A DNA stretch of 64,000 nt from Lophium mytilinum (lineage: Eukaryota). Position 1 is the stretch's first letter, and each line of letters starts with the position of its first letter. The stretch spans positions 2,179-66,178 of the forward strand of contig MU004184.1 in assembly GCA_010093605.1 (NCBI GenBank). Direction: 5' to 3'. This document shows positions 39,702-51,263 of this stretch, piece by piece. The translations under genes and the position numbers were made by a program. The notes below the pieces were generated by a model that was not told the origin of the DNA, did no database searches, and worked only from the letters and a program-made list of their open reading frames with translations.

Positions 39702-41040
39702 GGTCGGCGGTCGCTATCGCGTCGTGGGTAGTGGTAAAGATGTCGCGCGGAGCTTGGAGATGCGGTTGTTGAGAGCAGAGATGGCGCTGTCGAGAACTCC
39801 GAAGGCTTCGATAGCGTTTCACTGGCGGCGGCAGGTGTGGTCAAGTGAATTGGACGGAAAGCCAGTCGCGAAGGCGCAGTCTTGAAGGATCGATCGGGGT
39901 CTCGCGGTGATGCCGGCTATCTCGTATCGTCGGTCGTCATTGCCCGCGCGGGCGAGGAGAAATCGAGGGAGTCGCAGGAGTATCAGGGAAGGGCATGCAA
40001 GCTGGAGAATGAACGAGAGACGTAGTAGTAACGAGCGTGGTGATATCGCGAGAGGGCAAGTCGTGGTGGTGAGAACGGGACAGGTGATTTTCGTCCCTGG
40101 ATGCCCAGCACGGAGTAGCCAATCCAGAGCCACTACCCGACCCTTGCTTCTCGGCGAATCACCCACTTTCCGCTGCTCAATCTTGCTAGTGGCGCGGGAA
40201 CGCCTTGAAGCTGCTTGATATGGCAGCGATTCACTGTCACGGGTAAAGGGGGTGTGAAGGGGATGCATTCACTATTCACTGAGGTGCGCCAGAGACGACG
40301 TTCAACAACCAGAAAGACCGCACGGCGTAGAATCTCATGATCGGAGTCAATTCCTTCAATTCCTCGTCGCAAAACAGGCCCAATCTGCTCGCTGCTAAAC
40401 TACTGCAGCCGTTAGACAAGCTTCCGGGCGCCCCGCTGTTTGCTTGTGGAGGCCGCTCCGGCGCTGGCACGCTAGGTAGGTAGGGAAAAAGTGGCATTCT
40501 CTAGCAGTTCAGCACCGTCTGAGGTGGTCTGGAGAGCTGTCAGGCTTGCCAAAGCTGGTATTTCATGGGTCACAATAGCGTACTGGAGCACCTTTAACAG
40601 TGCTAAAGAAGCAAAAGAGTAGTGGGTATACCTCACTGATTTGCGGACTACCAATTTCCACTGCCACTCATCTACTACGCTTAGAGTGCCATCTTTTTCA
40701 TGCCCCGCGTGGCTGGACACGCCCCTGTCGCTCACATGAAACAACACCACCAGCGCCCGTACTCCGTTGATTCGTTCCTGACAGAGAGGAGGGTTTGCTT
40801 GACATCAATGTGAACTTTTTGCTCTAATTGTGTACCGCACGAGGAAGCGGGCTTTAGAAATGTAGAATGTTTGCTCTTGTGGTGCTGCCGAGTACAAAAC
40901 CTCAGTATTCTGCCGCCAATCTTTGCCTCCGTGCCTCCATGCTCGCGCATCGCGAAACCATCATCATCCATCAAACCCATCAAGTGCTCATCGGCCACGG
41001 ACTCTCATGACGTTCCACCTCAAAGTGCTTCTCAAGCCCA

Positions 41041-41443
41041 CTAATCCTTTCGGTTTGCATCGCAATAATAGCTCCCAACGTTCTTGTTTAGAGGACCCGC
41101 GTCCGCCCCCAGATCCGCAATGCCCGGGTACGTGATATACTTCCAGTATCCCGCCGTGGTATGACACGCTGGACTCCCCGCTGGCCAAAAGTCGCACCAG
41201 CCTCCGCTGTCCGGACCGATTGATGATATCTGCTTGCCCCTGCGTGGCTGTGAGCGAGGGTGGAGGGCGACTACGTAGGGATGCTTCATACCAGTCTCCC
41301 AAATCATTACATTCTCCCCAATTAGTAGTGATGAGTCGGCAATCTCCCCCGAAGTTTGGTTCTGAGCACGTCCAGATGTTGTACGCGGAGACGTAGCTTA
41401 GGAGGAATAGGAAGAGGCTGAGAGTTGTCGTGGGTAGCTGCAT
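41041..41443 (-). CDS. Small secreted cysteine-rich protein (116 aa, 6 Cys), beta/gamma-crystallin-like fungal family
   Basis: Signal peptide; intron 41240-41291 (GTATGA...GCTCAC...CAG) gives WTCSEPNFGGDC...C...WGKQISSIGPD..WC...C...YPGIADL...NKNVGSYYC. Confidence 0.8.
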
Positions 41444-43148
41444 CGTGCTTGCGGGATTACTTTCTTATCGTCTTGAATTTGTGGATTTTCGGGTTTTTGT
41501 AGATATTGCGGTTTGAATCGTTGGGTTTGGAGGACTGGGACCCCGCGTTGATAAATACCCAGTCCTAACGGCGTAGAGGAAGGCACAAGTACGACTGTGG
41601 TGACGTTCTCACAAACGCAGACCTGGTACAAAATGTCAGAAGGACATCAAAAAGGTCCTGAAGCGACCTAAACGTGGCAGATGACACCGAACGGAATGGG
41701 TTGGAAATGGGGGCGGAACCGTGGTTCATGCTTGAGCCAGACAACAGGAACCTCAGAAGACATCAGAAGAGTAGGTCCGCCCTCCTCAAATTGAACCGCG
41801 TTTACTATCTCTTTGACAGCAATCCTTCTGATTCCTCGGAGGTCTCCTGCGAGCGCGAAGCTGCGCTGTTGTCGAGCCGCGAGAAGCTCGTTTCCCGCTC
41901 TAGTTGCTCGGCTTTAAAGAAGGACGCTACGTGTGCTACCGCACACGGCGATCACGCGCAAATATAAGACTTTGCACTCATCTTCCCTTGCTCACACACG
42001 GCGTAGCTCAATGTTGCCCCCCTCGGCCTACTTTTCTTCTTCAGATCTGCGGAAATGGGCCAGATCCAGCCCCTTGGTGGTGCAATGTGCAGGTACAGGA
42101 GCGCGAAGATCCAAAGCATATTCACAAAGGGTCGACGCTGACGAGGTTGAAGAAGAGGAAGTTGAAGAAAAGAAGGAAACATGAAGTACACTCGCTTGAA
42201 AATTTCGCAAAAGTGAAGAGGTTCCAGTATCAGTTACTTTCGATAAGTCTACCTCAATTTTGCTGCTATCAACTCAACGGTACCATTAGAGGATCTAAAT
42301 CGAAGCTCCATTCCCCTCCTTCTGTGGTACTGATTGATGGCTTGTTGTCCCCCTGGGCTAACTCGACGTGGACACTATACACCCCAGGCTCGTTGCCAGA
42401 TTTGGAGGGTAACAGCGCTGATCTTCTCGAAAATCCTCCGTGTACGGTCACGTCTGGCTACTACTCGCTTTTATTGTTTTTTAGATGTTTTGTCTAGATC
42501 GTATTGTACGTGCTAACAACACTATAAACCGCCCCGAACACCGCTGAACAGTTATCAGAACCACCGATTCAGCTTGCTCATTCGGAGCTTCCTTGAGCTG
42601 GACCATGGCCTGGAGGTGAAGTTTGTTATCTCACCCTGTCTTATGGCTGCCAAAGAGAGAGCATACGCTGTTCGATCTGAGGGCGGGGACTTTGATATGG
42701 TCGGAAACACAATGGAAAGCGCTTGCGAGAGAAACGTAGTCGGGGGACCGAAGGTTGATGCCGAGGCTATTGAGACGCTGCGTTTGGACAGTCAGCTATT
42801 TTATGGAGCTTTAAGAACTTGTGCGGATCTCTCGGGGGTCAATTAGGATACTCACGTCCTCCAACAACAGAAACGCCTTTTCGCCTTCATCGACTCGAAT
42901 TCCGATGCCCCGAATCGGTAGCCTAGTAGCGGGAAGCTCGCATTGTTACTTCGTGAAAGATAGGATTGGCGGCGGATTTCTCCCTCATCACATCCATCAT
43001 CTCAGTCATTCCGAACGTCATGCAAGAAAGATTTGCGCATGTCATTGGCGCAATGAGAACACTCCGGGCTACGCAACCTTGAGCAAGGCAAGTCCCTTCC
43101 CCCTTATGAGAGAGTTAGATCACGAAATCAAACGCTAAAAGTAAAAAT

Positions 43149-43722
43149 TTGCTTGGGCCAAGAACCAACCTACCCTTAGTAGCTACCGCCTTGACCTTGA
43201 TCAGCGCTATCCGCCTCTCCCTAATCGGCTTCCACTCCGCTATAGCCTTCAATGGCGTTGTCTCGCTCGCCATCAACAGCCTGTACGCCTCCTTCCCCCT
43301 CGGCAACAGCCCCTTCCAATGCCGCAGACTCACTGGCGACGTCAAGTCCTAGTCCGCCTCCGACACACGACTCTCCGCAACATTACCGACTCCGATCACC
43401 TTGTTTGCGGCCCCTGCATGTTACTCGAGCCGCTGGATAACACCGTGAATGCGTTAGAATGCGCCTGTCGTTGGGTGAAAGGTCACGCCCCGCCTGAGAT
43501 TAGGAAGACCGGAAAATAAGAAATGTCATAATAGTTCAACATCTATCTCTTCGTCATGCAAGTCTTTAGCTTCTGGTCGTCGCAAGCAGACCCTACGCCA
43601 GATTTGATACACTACACCTCGCTCATGGTGGGCGCTATGGTGGTCTTTGGGGTGGTGTATCATCTACTCTAGGACAGTCGGTCATATTCGGGCCCAGTTG
43701 TGGAGGCGTATGTGAGCAAATG
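43149..43722 (+). pseudogene. C-terminal remnant of an APC-family amino acid (GABA/choline-type) permease
   Basis: RTNLPLVA...LSLIGF.SAIAFNGVVSL..NSLYAS, then FSFW and YSGPVVE, interrupted by stops and frameshifts. Confidence 0.65.
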
Positions 43723-46541
43723 AGGCCGAAACGCTCGTCATGGAGATACTAGGTTACATGGTGCATGAGAGCGCTTCGAAATAGCACTGGGGGGTCGTAA
43801 GGGCAAATTCTGAAGCTATTCTAGTCTCGGCTTTGTAAACAAAATTTGGTAGTCATGGTTCGAAAGGCACCTCAAGTCAAGATGGTGATACGGTATGAAG
43901 TCGGGAGCGTCTCTAAGGTGCACAAGAAGGACTCCCCACGATCGTCCTCCTAAAGTCGGGCTATACTTAGCTAAAGATCCCACCTCGCTTAGCCCACAAT
44001 CCAAACTAGGTCGCCTTTGCGGCATCCGATGCAATTTTTCACCCACTCCCGGTTGGCACGACTGAGAACGGACAGCCTGCACTTTTTTATCTCCGAGGCT
44101 TTTAGTAAGAGGTACGAGGACGCTGCAATTGCCGCAGCCCTCCGTCTTGGACCTCACTGACCTACTTCGCAACTTTCAGGTCACGCAGCACCATTCCGCA
44201 ATACTAGTGCCAAAGTAAGAATAGATCAAAGTCCAGGACGACCCTGTCTTATCCTTCTGTAAAATCAACGTCCAAACCTCATGCGGACTTCTTCATTCCT
44301 ACTGTCAAGCTCCCCATAGACTTCAATCTCTGCAGATACTCGACACTCCTAACCGGCTCGACTCCTGGCTCATGCATAGGGCCGTCACAACCATCAACAA
44401 TATTATGATTTCGTAGAATATTTCTTAAGTGCCTGCCGAATAAGGCTAGGAGCAGAACGCGTAGGCTTCCCATTTTGACGAGGTTTGGTAATCGGGTGCT
44501 TTTCGGCTGCTCCATTGTGCTGATGCTGAACGTGGTCTTGCGAGTGTCTGATTGAGGAAGTTTTGATGGCTGAAGTCGTAAACGCAAATATGGCCTTGTG
44601 TTTGCAGATCTAAGCATGGAAGACTTCTTTGTATATAAGTCCCGCTGTGTTGCGGTAATAATGACCGAACTCGACTCCCTATTTTGCTATTGGGGAGCCC
44701 TGACCTGGCAGCGGAATGAAGTGTTCGGAGTCTCCAAGGACTAGGGCTCACGTTGCCGTTCATAACCCTGAACATGTCAAACTAAGAGATAACAGAGCAA
44801 ATGGTATCCCTGGCATGGTAGTGACCATTTGTAGCCTTATGCGAACTTCACTCAATCAGATATCGAATCTCAAGGTAGGTCGCCAAGAGGTTAAATTGCA
44901 CTACGTATACACTTCCTCCTTCCTAAATATTCTAAGCTCTCTCTGGAAATGCTCAGATGCAGACATTGAGGAAAATGAACGTCTCCTAAAACACCCATCA
45001 GCGTGATAATTTCCTGGATATCCCAGAACTATTGCCGTGGTTGACCGCTTCGCTGGGGTGGCCTTTCACAAACGAGGCAAGCACTAATAATGCAGAGAGC
45101 TTCAAGAGAGGGAGAGTGAGCTTTTCGAGTCGCATGATATGTTTTGGCCGTTTGAGCTTCTTCAATCCTGTGTTGCCGCTTTGAAGACACTGGAAGATAT
45201 ACCGAAATGCAGATCGAGATGCTTGAGCGAAGGCAACAGATGAAACGCGAAGATGTCTCGATGTCCGCGCGCCTGAGAACCATAAATACCATTGTGAGAT
45301 CATTTGATATCATTTCTCATACCCGCGAGTTGACCCCCCAGGCACCCGCGACCTCCGCCATCTCTTTTAAGACTGTGAAGTCCGCACAATATGATGTAGT
45401 GATAGGCGATATGCCGTCGGAAAAGCATGACGAGGAATGATTGAATCTCGTAGCGGGTATGCTGCTTTATTTTCCCTCCGCCACGACCGATTCAGTGTTC
45501 TCAGTATCGTTGAAATCAAAAGCTCGCAGCGGCACTCGTTTGCACACCCTACGAAGAGATCACTCTTCCCGTCGAAGATCCAAGAATATTCGTCGAGATG
45601 TTCGAGGGAGGCGGGTATTTGACTTTCCTTGGTGTATACCACGAATCGCATTGCTTCCTCGTTGGCTTTTGTCTCCATCGCTCGTATCGGTGAAGTGAGA
45701 GCTCACCTCCTCAGCGTCGCCCGAAACTCTACCTCCACTCCTACCACTACTACACACATCTCTCTAACTTCCCAACAGACCCCAAGAAGATCTGTGAGTT
45801 GGCGTGTTTGCGCCATTGTGTCGAGTCCGTCCGCCTGAGCTCGATGTGTGCTGCGAACACTGCGCCATATTCGTTCGAATGGCCGGGGAATGGCAAGGAG
45901 CACGTCAGGAGGCCGAATACGTAGAAGAATCGCACGCGAGTGTGCGTCGGTTGGGAGTGGTCGGGGAGAGAGGGGTTGGGTTGCATTCTAGATTGGAGCA
46001 TCGTAGACATTCGGCGGGGTGGAAGAGTGAGCGCACTAAGGATAGTCGAGTAAGAAGTAATGTTTTGATATTTCCCTGTTTCCTAACCACCAAACTAGAG
46101 ACTTAGTACATTAGCCCGTGCTTGTTGGATAGTCCATACCTCGAGGGTGTCCTCAATGCCTTCACGATCCACCCGTTGCACGTCCCGTGACTCCCCTTTT
46201 CGCGCCTCGCCTCGAATCTAACCTTGATCTTATCGAGGAGGGAAGGGGTTGCGAAGGTGATCAAACACCTTAGTGGCTGGCATCTGAGCTGAGGCGTAGG
46301 TCAGCGGAAGTCATAGATGGGGTACTGATTGGGAGCACCTTGAGGAGTGTTGGAACAGAAACTTACTACAATGCCACAGCATCGTAGGAGGATGCTCTAG
46401 GGCTGGACAACATACTGTAGACCTAGATAAACCTCGCCGCTCCATTGCTGCTGCGCTGAGCGCTACCTAGCGCCACACTGACCTCACTGTCGCTGCTCAA
46501 GCCACACTGCTTCACTCCTCAGCCACCTCTTCGCTCCCCAG

Positions 46542-46707
46542 CCACGCGCCGGTTTCCAGGCACCACGCGCCAGTTTCCAGGCACCCTCCTACACCTTCCA
46601 GAGCTTCCGCCAGTTTCTGCCAGTTTCCACGCCCTCTCGCTCGTCCAATCACAGCCCCTCGCTTCGCCCTCTGCTGAGTCATCGCCAATTCTACCCAGAG
46701 TATATAA
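46542..46707 (+). promoter_or_regulatory. Pol II-type promoter of the U4 gene
   Basis: TATATAA at 46701-46707, 40 nt before the U4 5' end. CCAAT at 46645 and 46685. Four GCCRGTTTCY copies at 46548-46628, including a 21-bp tandem repeat at 46542-46583. Confidence 0.6.
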
Positions 46708-46740
46708 GGCCAGCTCCCCCTCGACCTTCCTTCTTTCCTC

Positions 46741-46933
46741 ATCCTAGTGCAAGGCAAGTCTCCTCTCCCCCTCCTTTCCTCATCACCTCGCTCTGAGCTT
46801 CTCACTAACATTCTCTCACAGGGCATTACGCGCGTCAGTGAGGATTCGTCCGAGACCGTGTCTTTTGCTGATTGAAAACTACCAATCGACCTGCTCCTGT
46901 TGGTCTTCGGATCGGCAGGGAATTTTTGGAACA
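46741..46933 (+). ncRNA. U4: U4 spliceosomal snRNA, interrupted by a 68-nt intron (exon 1 46741-46753, exon 2 46822-~46933)
   Basis: Spliced 5' end ATCCTAGTGCAAGGGCATTACGCGCGTCAGTGAGGATTCGTCCGAGA is collinear with yeast U4 as recalled (ATCCTTATGCACGGGAAATACGCATATCAGTGAGGATTCGTCCGAGA). Also present: stem-I TTTTGCTG, 3' hairpin CCTGTTGGTC-TTCG-GATCGGCAGG and Sm site AATTTTTGG (46921-46929). Confidence 0.92.
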
Positions 46934-48555
46934 AACACTCGAATGAGATATCTCTTCAACCTTTTTTCATTGAACTGCTCGGCTTGTCCGGGTACTCGAA
47001 GAAGAACTTGTTTGTTTTGGTGGCTGGAGAGGTGAGGAAGTCGGCGCTGAGGCGCGCTGGTGTTGTCGGGTTGTTTAATGCGCTTCACTACCGTTGTCTG
47101 TAGATGATTCTCGTCGCAGTGCATGGTGTTGCTCGCTGCTGCTAGCTAGGTAGACGCTCTCCAGCATCATGGGAATTCGATCGTCACCAGCTTCTGCTCT
47201 GTTCGACAGTTCACTGGGATGCGAGCTGAAGTAGATTAACGTGAACAACATCACCATGTACATTTGTATTGCTTGACGACGCATCGCGTCAGGGCGGTGT
47301 TGCGCTGTGGGCGCGTCCACAAGCTTTCAGGTGATCCGCTATGGTGTTGAGGCGCGCGTCCGCCACAATGCAGACTCGCAAGGACAGCGAGAAAGACGCG
47401 TAGGTGCGTAGGTGCGCAGGACGAGATACAGGCTTGACACAACGGAAGGCCCTCAGCTTCTACGGTGTTGTGATGCCTCTGGCAGTGACATGTGGGCGTT
47501 CAGACGCGTCGCCCGCGCGCCATCATCGACACAGTGTTGCAAGATCCCAGCAGGATCTCCACGCACAAGCTCTTTTACAGATCTATGGTACACGGTACAT
47601 AACATTTCCATTCTTTTGAGGTCACAGAAGCCTAACTAGTCGGGGTAGAGGTGTGGTGACAGGAGGCTGTCTTCCAGCCGGATGTGGATCTCGAAGGAAG
47701 GCAAACTGGTTGTCTTCACGCACGAATAGATGAAGCTGATGATGGAATGGAAGCCTAAACGCTCACGCGTTCTCTTGGCCGCAGCGATGATGGTGTCGAC
47801 GTGCCTCATGAACCCAGCCAGCCCTTGAAGCTGCTCCATACCGCAACTCACAACTCACATAGCCATCTTCATCCCTTGGTACACCCTAGGAGACTGCGAA
47901 TCCATCACCTAAGCTTGGGACAGGCCACTTAAGGGGCCTGGAGACATCGTGAAGATGCCAGGGAGCTCTTACTGTGAAGATCGACCCGTCTACCACGATC
48001 TTTAAGACCACCGCTGTCGATGTAGCACGTCGCTATAGAATCACCTCTTCCTTACCTCTCCATCTATATTCCCTTCTATGAGGAGTTCTTCGCTGCGTTG
48101 GCCGCATCCGCAGCGAGCTCGCCGGAGACGGAAGTCTGAGGCAACAGGCAGGGCTCGATTAAAAAAAGGTGGCAGTCCACGAATCTACAATCGTAACCCA
48201 GATTTTTCGATGCTTCAGATATTAACATACTCTAGGATTGTGGATTCTACACTCGCCTGGCTCCCCTTGAGGCCCTTTAATATGGTATTATGAACTGGAA
48301 AAAAACGATTCCCGACATGCCTGATAGCTCTTCGGGCCACCTCCCCTGGCGACAGAGTGCACTGGCACTTGATGTTTTACGACGGGTGGCAGGTACGTTG
48401 GACGTTGCTTGGAGGTGCTAATTACCCTTAAAGCTAACAAAACCACCGGTAGCATGGGTTAGGATGACATCGCGCACGGTTCGGCATCCCCGCCATCACC
48501 CTTCATCCCCAACACCATCATCAGTGAGCTGGAAGAAGCCATTCCGTCCCCCATA

Positions 48556-49443
48556 ATGGCTGACGAGGAGTTCCACGATGCCCCCGAATACGCCCCGAAG
48601 CGTGCCCTCGAACCCCCCTCTCCGCCCTCTCGAAAGCGCAAACGACCCTCCTTCCTCGCTCTCAAAGACCAGACGATCGTCACCCTCAAGGTCGGGCCAG
48701 ACGCGCAGCCTCTCTCAATCCACCGGGAGATGATCTGCCAAAGCTCCAAATACTTCACCAAGGCCTTCAAGGGCGGCTTCAAGGAGGCTGAGGAGAACTG
48801 CATCGCGTTCAAGGACGTGGAGGTCCTCACCGCCCAGCGCTTCATGCATTGGCTCTACACAAATACACTAGAAGACGAGGAGGGCGACGAAACTGGTGAA
48901 GTGGCACTTTCTCCCCTGGACCTCACCCACCTCTATGTCTTCGGCGACCGCTACGACGTTCCGGAGCTCCGGAACCAGATCATGCGCGAACTCGAGTTCT
49001 GCAAACCCGACGGCAACGATATCAACGCTGCAGTCATCATCTACGCCTACGACAACCTCCCCGACGACTCGCATCTCTGTAGGTGGCTTGTGAGATGGTA
49101 CGCACACTACTGGGACCCGAATGGCACCACGTCTGCTCAGCCCGATCTACTGGAGGACGACCTGCCTCCGGCTTTCGTTCTCAGCGTCGCTATCATGTGC
49201 CGGAAACGATTCCAGAATCTTTCTTCCAAGCACAGCTACCGCCCTCGCTACGGCGGTCAGTACGGGAACGCCTACTGCGAGCACCACGACCACGGCGACA
49301 ACGCAGACGCGAAGAAGGCGTGTCGAGAGGAGTGCAACAGACTCCACGAGAGGCGCGTCGCTCGGGACAAAGCAGAGGCATCAAGGAAGCAATCCGAGGG
49401 AGACAAAGCCAAGAAGAAGGCTTCAAAAGCTTCGAATACTTGA
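48556..49443 (+). CDS. BTB/POZ domain protein
   Basis: IVTLKVG...IHREMICQSSKYFTKAFKGGFKEAEE...F..WLY...LYVFGDRYDVPELRN. Confidence 0.9.
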   Translation: MADEEFHDAPEYAPKRALEPPSPPSRKRKRPSFLALKDQTIVTLKVGPDAQPLSIHREMICQSSKYFTKAFKGGFKEAEENCIAFKDVEVLTAQRFMHWLYTNTLEDEEGDETGEVALSPLDLTHLYVFGDRYDVPELRNQIMRELEFCKPDGNDINAAVIIYAYDNLPDDSHLCRWLVRWYAHYWDPNGTTSAQPDLLEDDLPPAFVLSVAIMCRKRFQNLSSKHSYRPRYGGQYGNAYCEHHDHGDNADAKKACREECNRLHERRVARDKAEASRKQSEGDKAKKKASKASNT

Positions 49444-49668
49444 GCTACAGCCACTGAACCCCACGGCACGATTCAAGTCGGCGTTTCGCTCTTTGGACGA
49501 CATCGATATCTAGCCGAGCTACCTCACAGCATTTCACATTTACGAGCACGCATTTACAGCCACCAAACGCGATGTTCGAAGACTTCGAACATACCTACCA
49601 GCTACCGCTCTACATCACGCAACATCTCAGCACCGCACTACCATTTATACCACCATCTATATACCAAT

Positions 49669-50610
49669 CTAGCACGCCGGAATCGCCCCCACCCCCGTCG
49701 CCGTCTGCGCCAGCGCCACTTCCGCCGCCCTGCGTCTCGTCAAGCCCGGCAGCGTCTCGCCGCCCGCTTTGTCCCACTTCGGCAGCTCCTGCTCGATGAC
49801 GGTGAGCTCATCCTCGCCCGCGTTCAGTCGGGAAATCAATGTTGAAGACGCCACGTTCCCGTTGCCGACGTTGAACGCCCATGACACGAGCGCGCCGTAC
49901 ATGTTTGCGTTCAGCGTGACGGCCGCGGCGGTGTCGAGGGTTATGGCTTGTTGGGGAGACTGCATCAGAGCGTAAGGTCAGCGGTCGGAGTTTGAAGAGG
50001 AAGAATAATTCGAATTCGCAACGTTCATTCATCACCATTTCTGGACTTCTCATTTGCGTGACTGTGACATCCTGAACTTCTGTGCAACGGATTCGTCACT
50101 GTCTGGGGCACCCGCACAGGCCTTTGAACATCCGAGGGTGATGTCGAGTCCCAAGCACTGCAGATCAGACTTCCTCTTGACTGCCTGGCTACTCACACGC
50201 CAGGCCACCCCTTACAGCGGCGTCGAGTGCGCAGCCGTTACGCCAGGTAGTGCCGAATCCGCGTGTCCAGACTTCTTGCACCAATTTCCCCTGTTTTTTA
50301 GAATCAGAAGAGAGGAGCTACGTACCACCAAATCACTCATCAACAGACTCGTCGCCGTACTCTCCGACAACGGGAACGAGTACGGCACCTCCGAGCACCC
50401 CGAACTCGTGCACTGGTGCCCGTAACCCACTGTCGGCAGGCCGATAGGGTCGGGAGCCGGGGAGGCGACGAAGCCTTCGAATTCCTTGATCAGGGAGACT
50501 GTCGCGACGTTGACGGTTGGACCGGTGCAGGTGCGGGCTTCTTGAGATCTAAGAGTAGGAAGAGCGAGGGAGAAAGGGAGGAGGGCGAGGAGGAGGGGCT
50601 GGGGGAACAT
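49669..50610 (-). CDS. Secreted GH24 (phage-type) lysozyme/muramidase, 2 exons
   Basis: Signal peptide, catalytic E-x8-D-x5-T (EGFVASPAPDPIGLPTVGYGH), ALVSWAFNVG and LPGLTRRRAAE. Intron 50325-49960. Confidence 0.9.
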
Positions 50611-51263
50611 TTTGTGTGGTGGGATGGGATGTATGATGGATGCTTTAGAAGTGAAGAAAGAACCAAAGTTTTATATATTTTTCGTATTGAATGAGGAGGC
50701 GAAGGGGAGCTCAAGTCCGTATCCTCACCCCACATACTGATCTACGAGGCGCAGCTCAGAACGGAAGGTCAAGGCTTTACCCGTCGTCTACCCCTGGCCC
50801 GGGTGTCCTCTGACCAGTAATCGGAAGCGACAAACCGGCAGTGAAGGGACTACGATGTAAGGACTCCGGCAAACCCGGTCCTCAGTCGTGGTGAAGTGGA
50901 GTTCAGGCACCGGGATGCCCTGCAGATCCCGATCCGCCCGCCGCAGTGGTGCTGTCTCACCTACCGAGATGGACATGGATATATATTGCCCTGTGCCTGG
51001 GAGAATCTTGCGGAGGTGGGGTCTGAATCCCACCCTCCCGTTCTTGACATCATACCATGGAATTTGAATAGCGTTAGAGGACTTCAGACGGTGGTGAAAG
51101 TGTGTGCATTACTATATTGCTAGAACGTGGAAACTAGAGTACGTCCCAAACGCTCGCTTATTTACTCCGCAATCGTCAATCTGTACCAGAGACATCGTGA
51201 AGCAGATCGTCTGCAATATCATTCTGTGGGCTGTGGTAGCTACTTGAGGACCTTCACACCTAT

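Noticed and set aside
46187..46256. Purine/pyrimidine hairpin upstream of U4
   Set aside because: Low-complexity pairing that could easily arise by chance.
49977..50035. Possible C/D snoRNA on the minus strand (GTGATGA...CTGA) in the lysozyme intron
   Set aside because: The D box coincides with the intron branch point, the spacing is short, and no rRNA guide was recognised.
50270..50292. GGGAAATTGGTG on the minus strand resembling RNase P CR-I
   Set aside because: There is no room for P1-P3 upstream and no matching CR-V/P4 partner.
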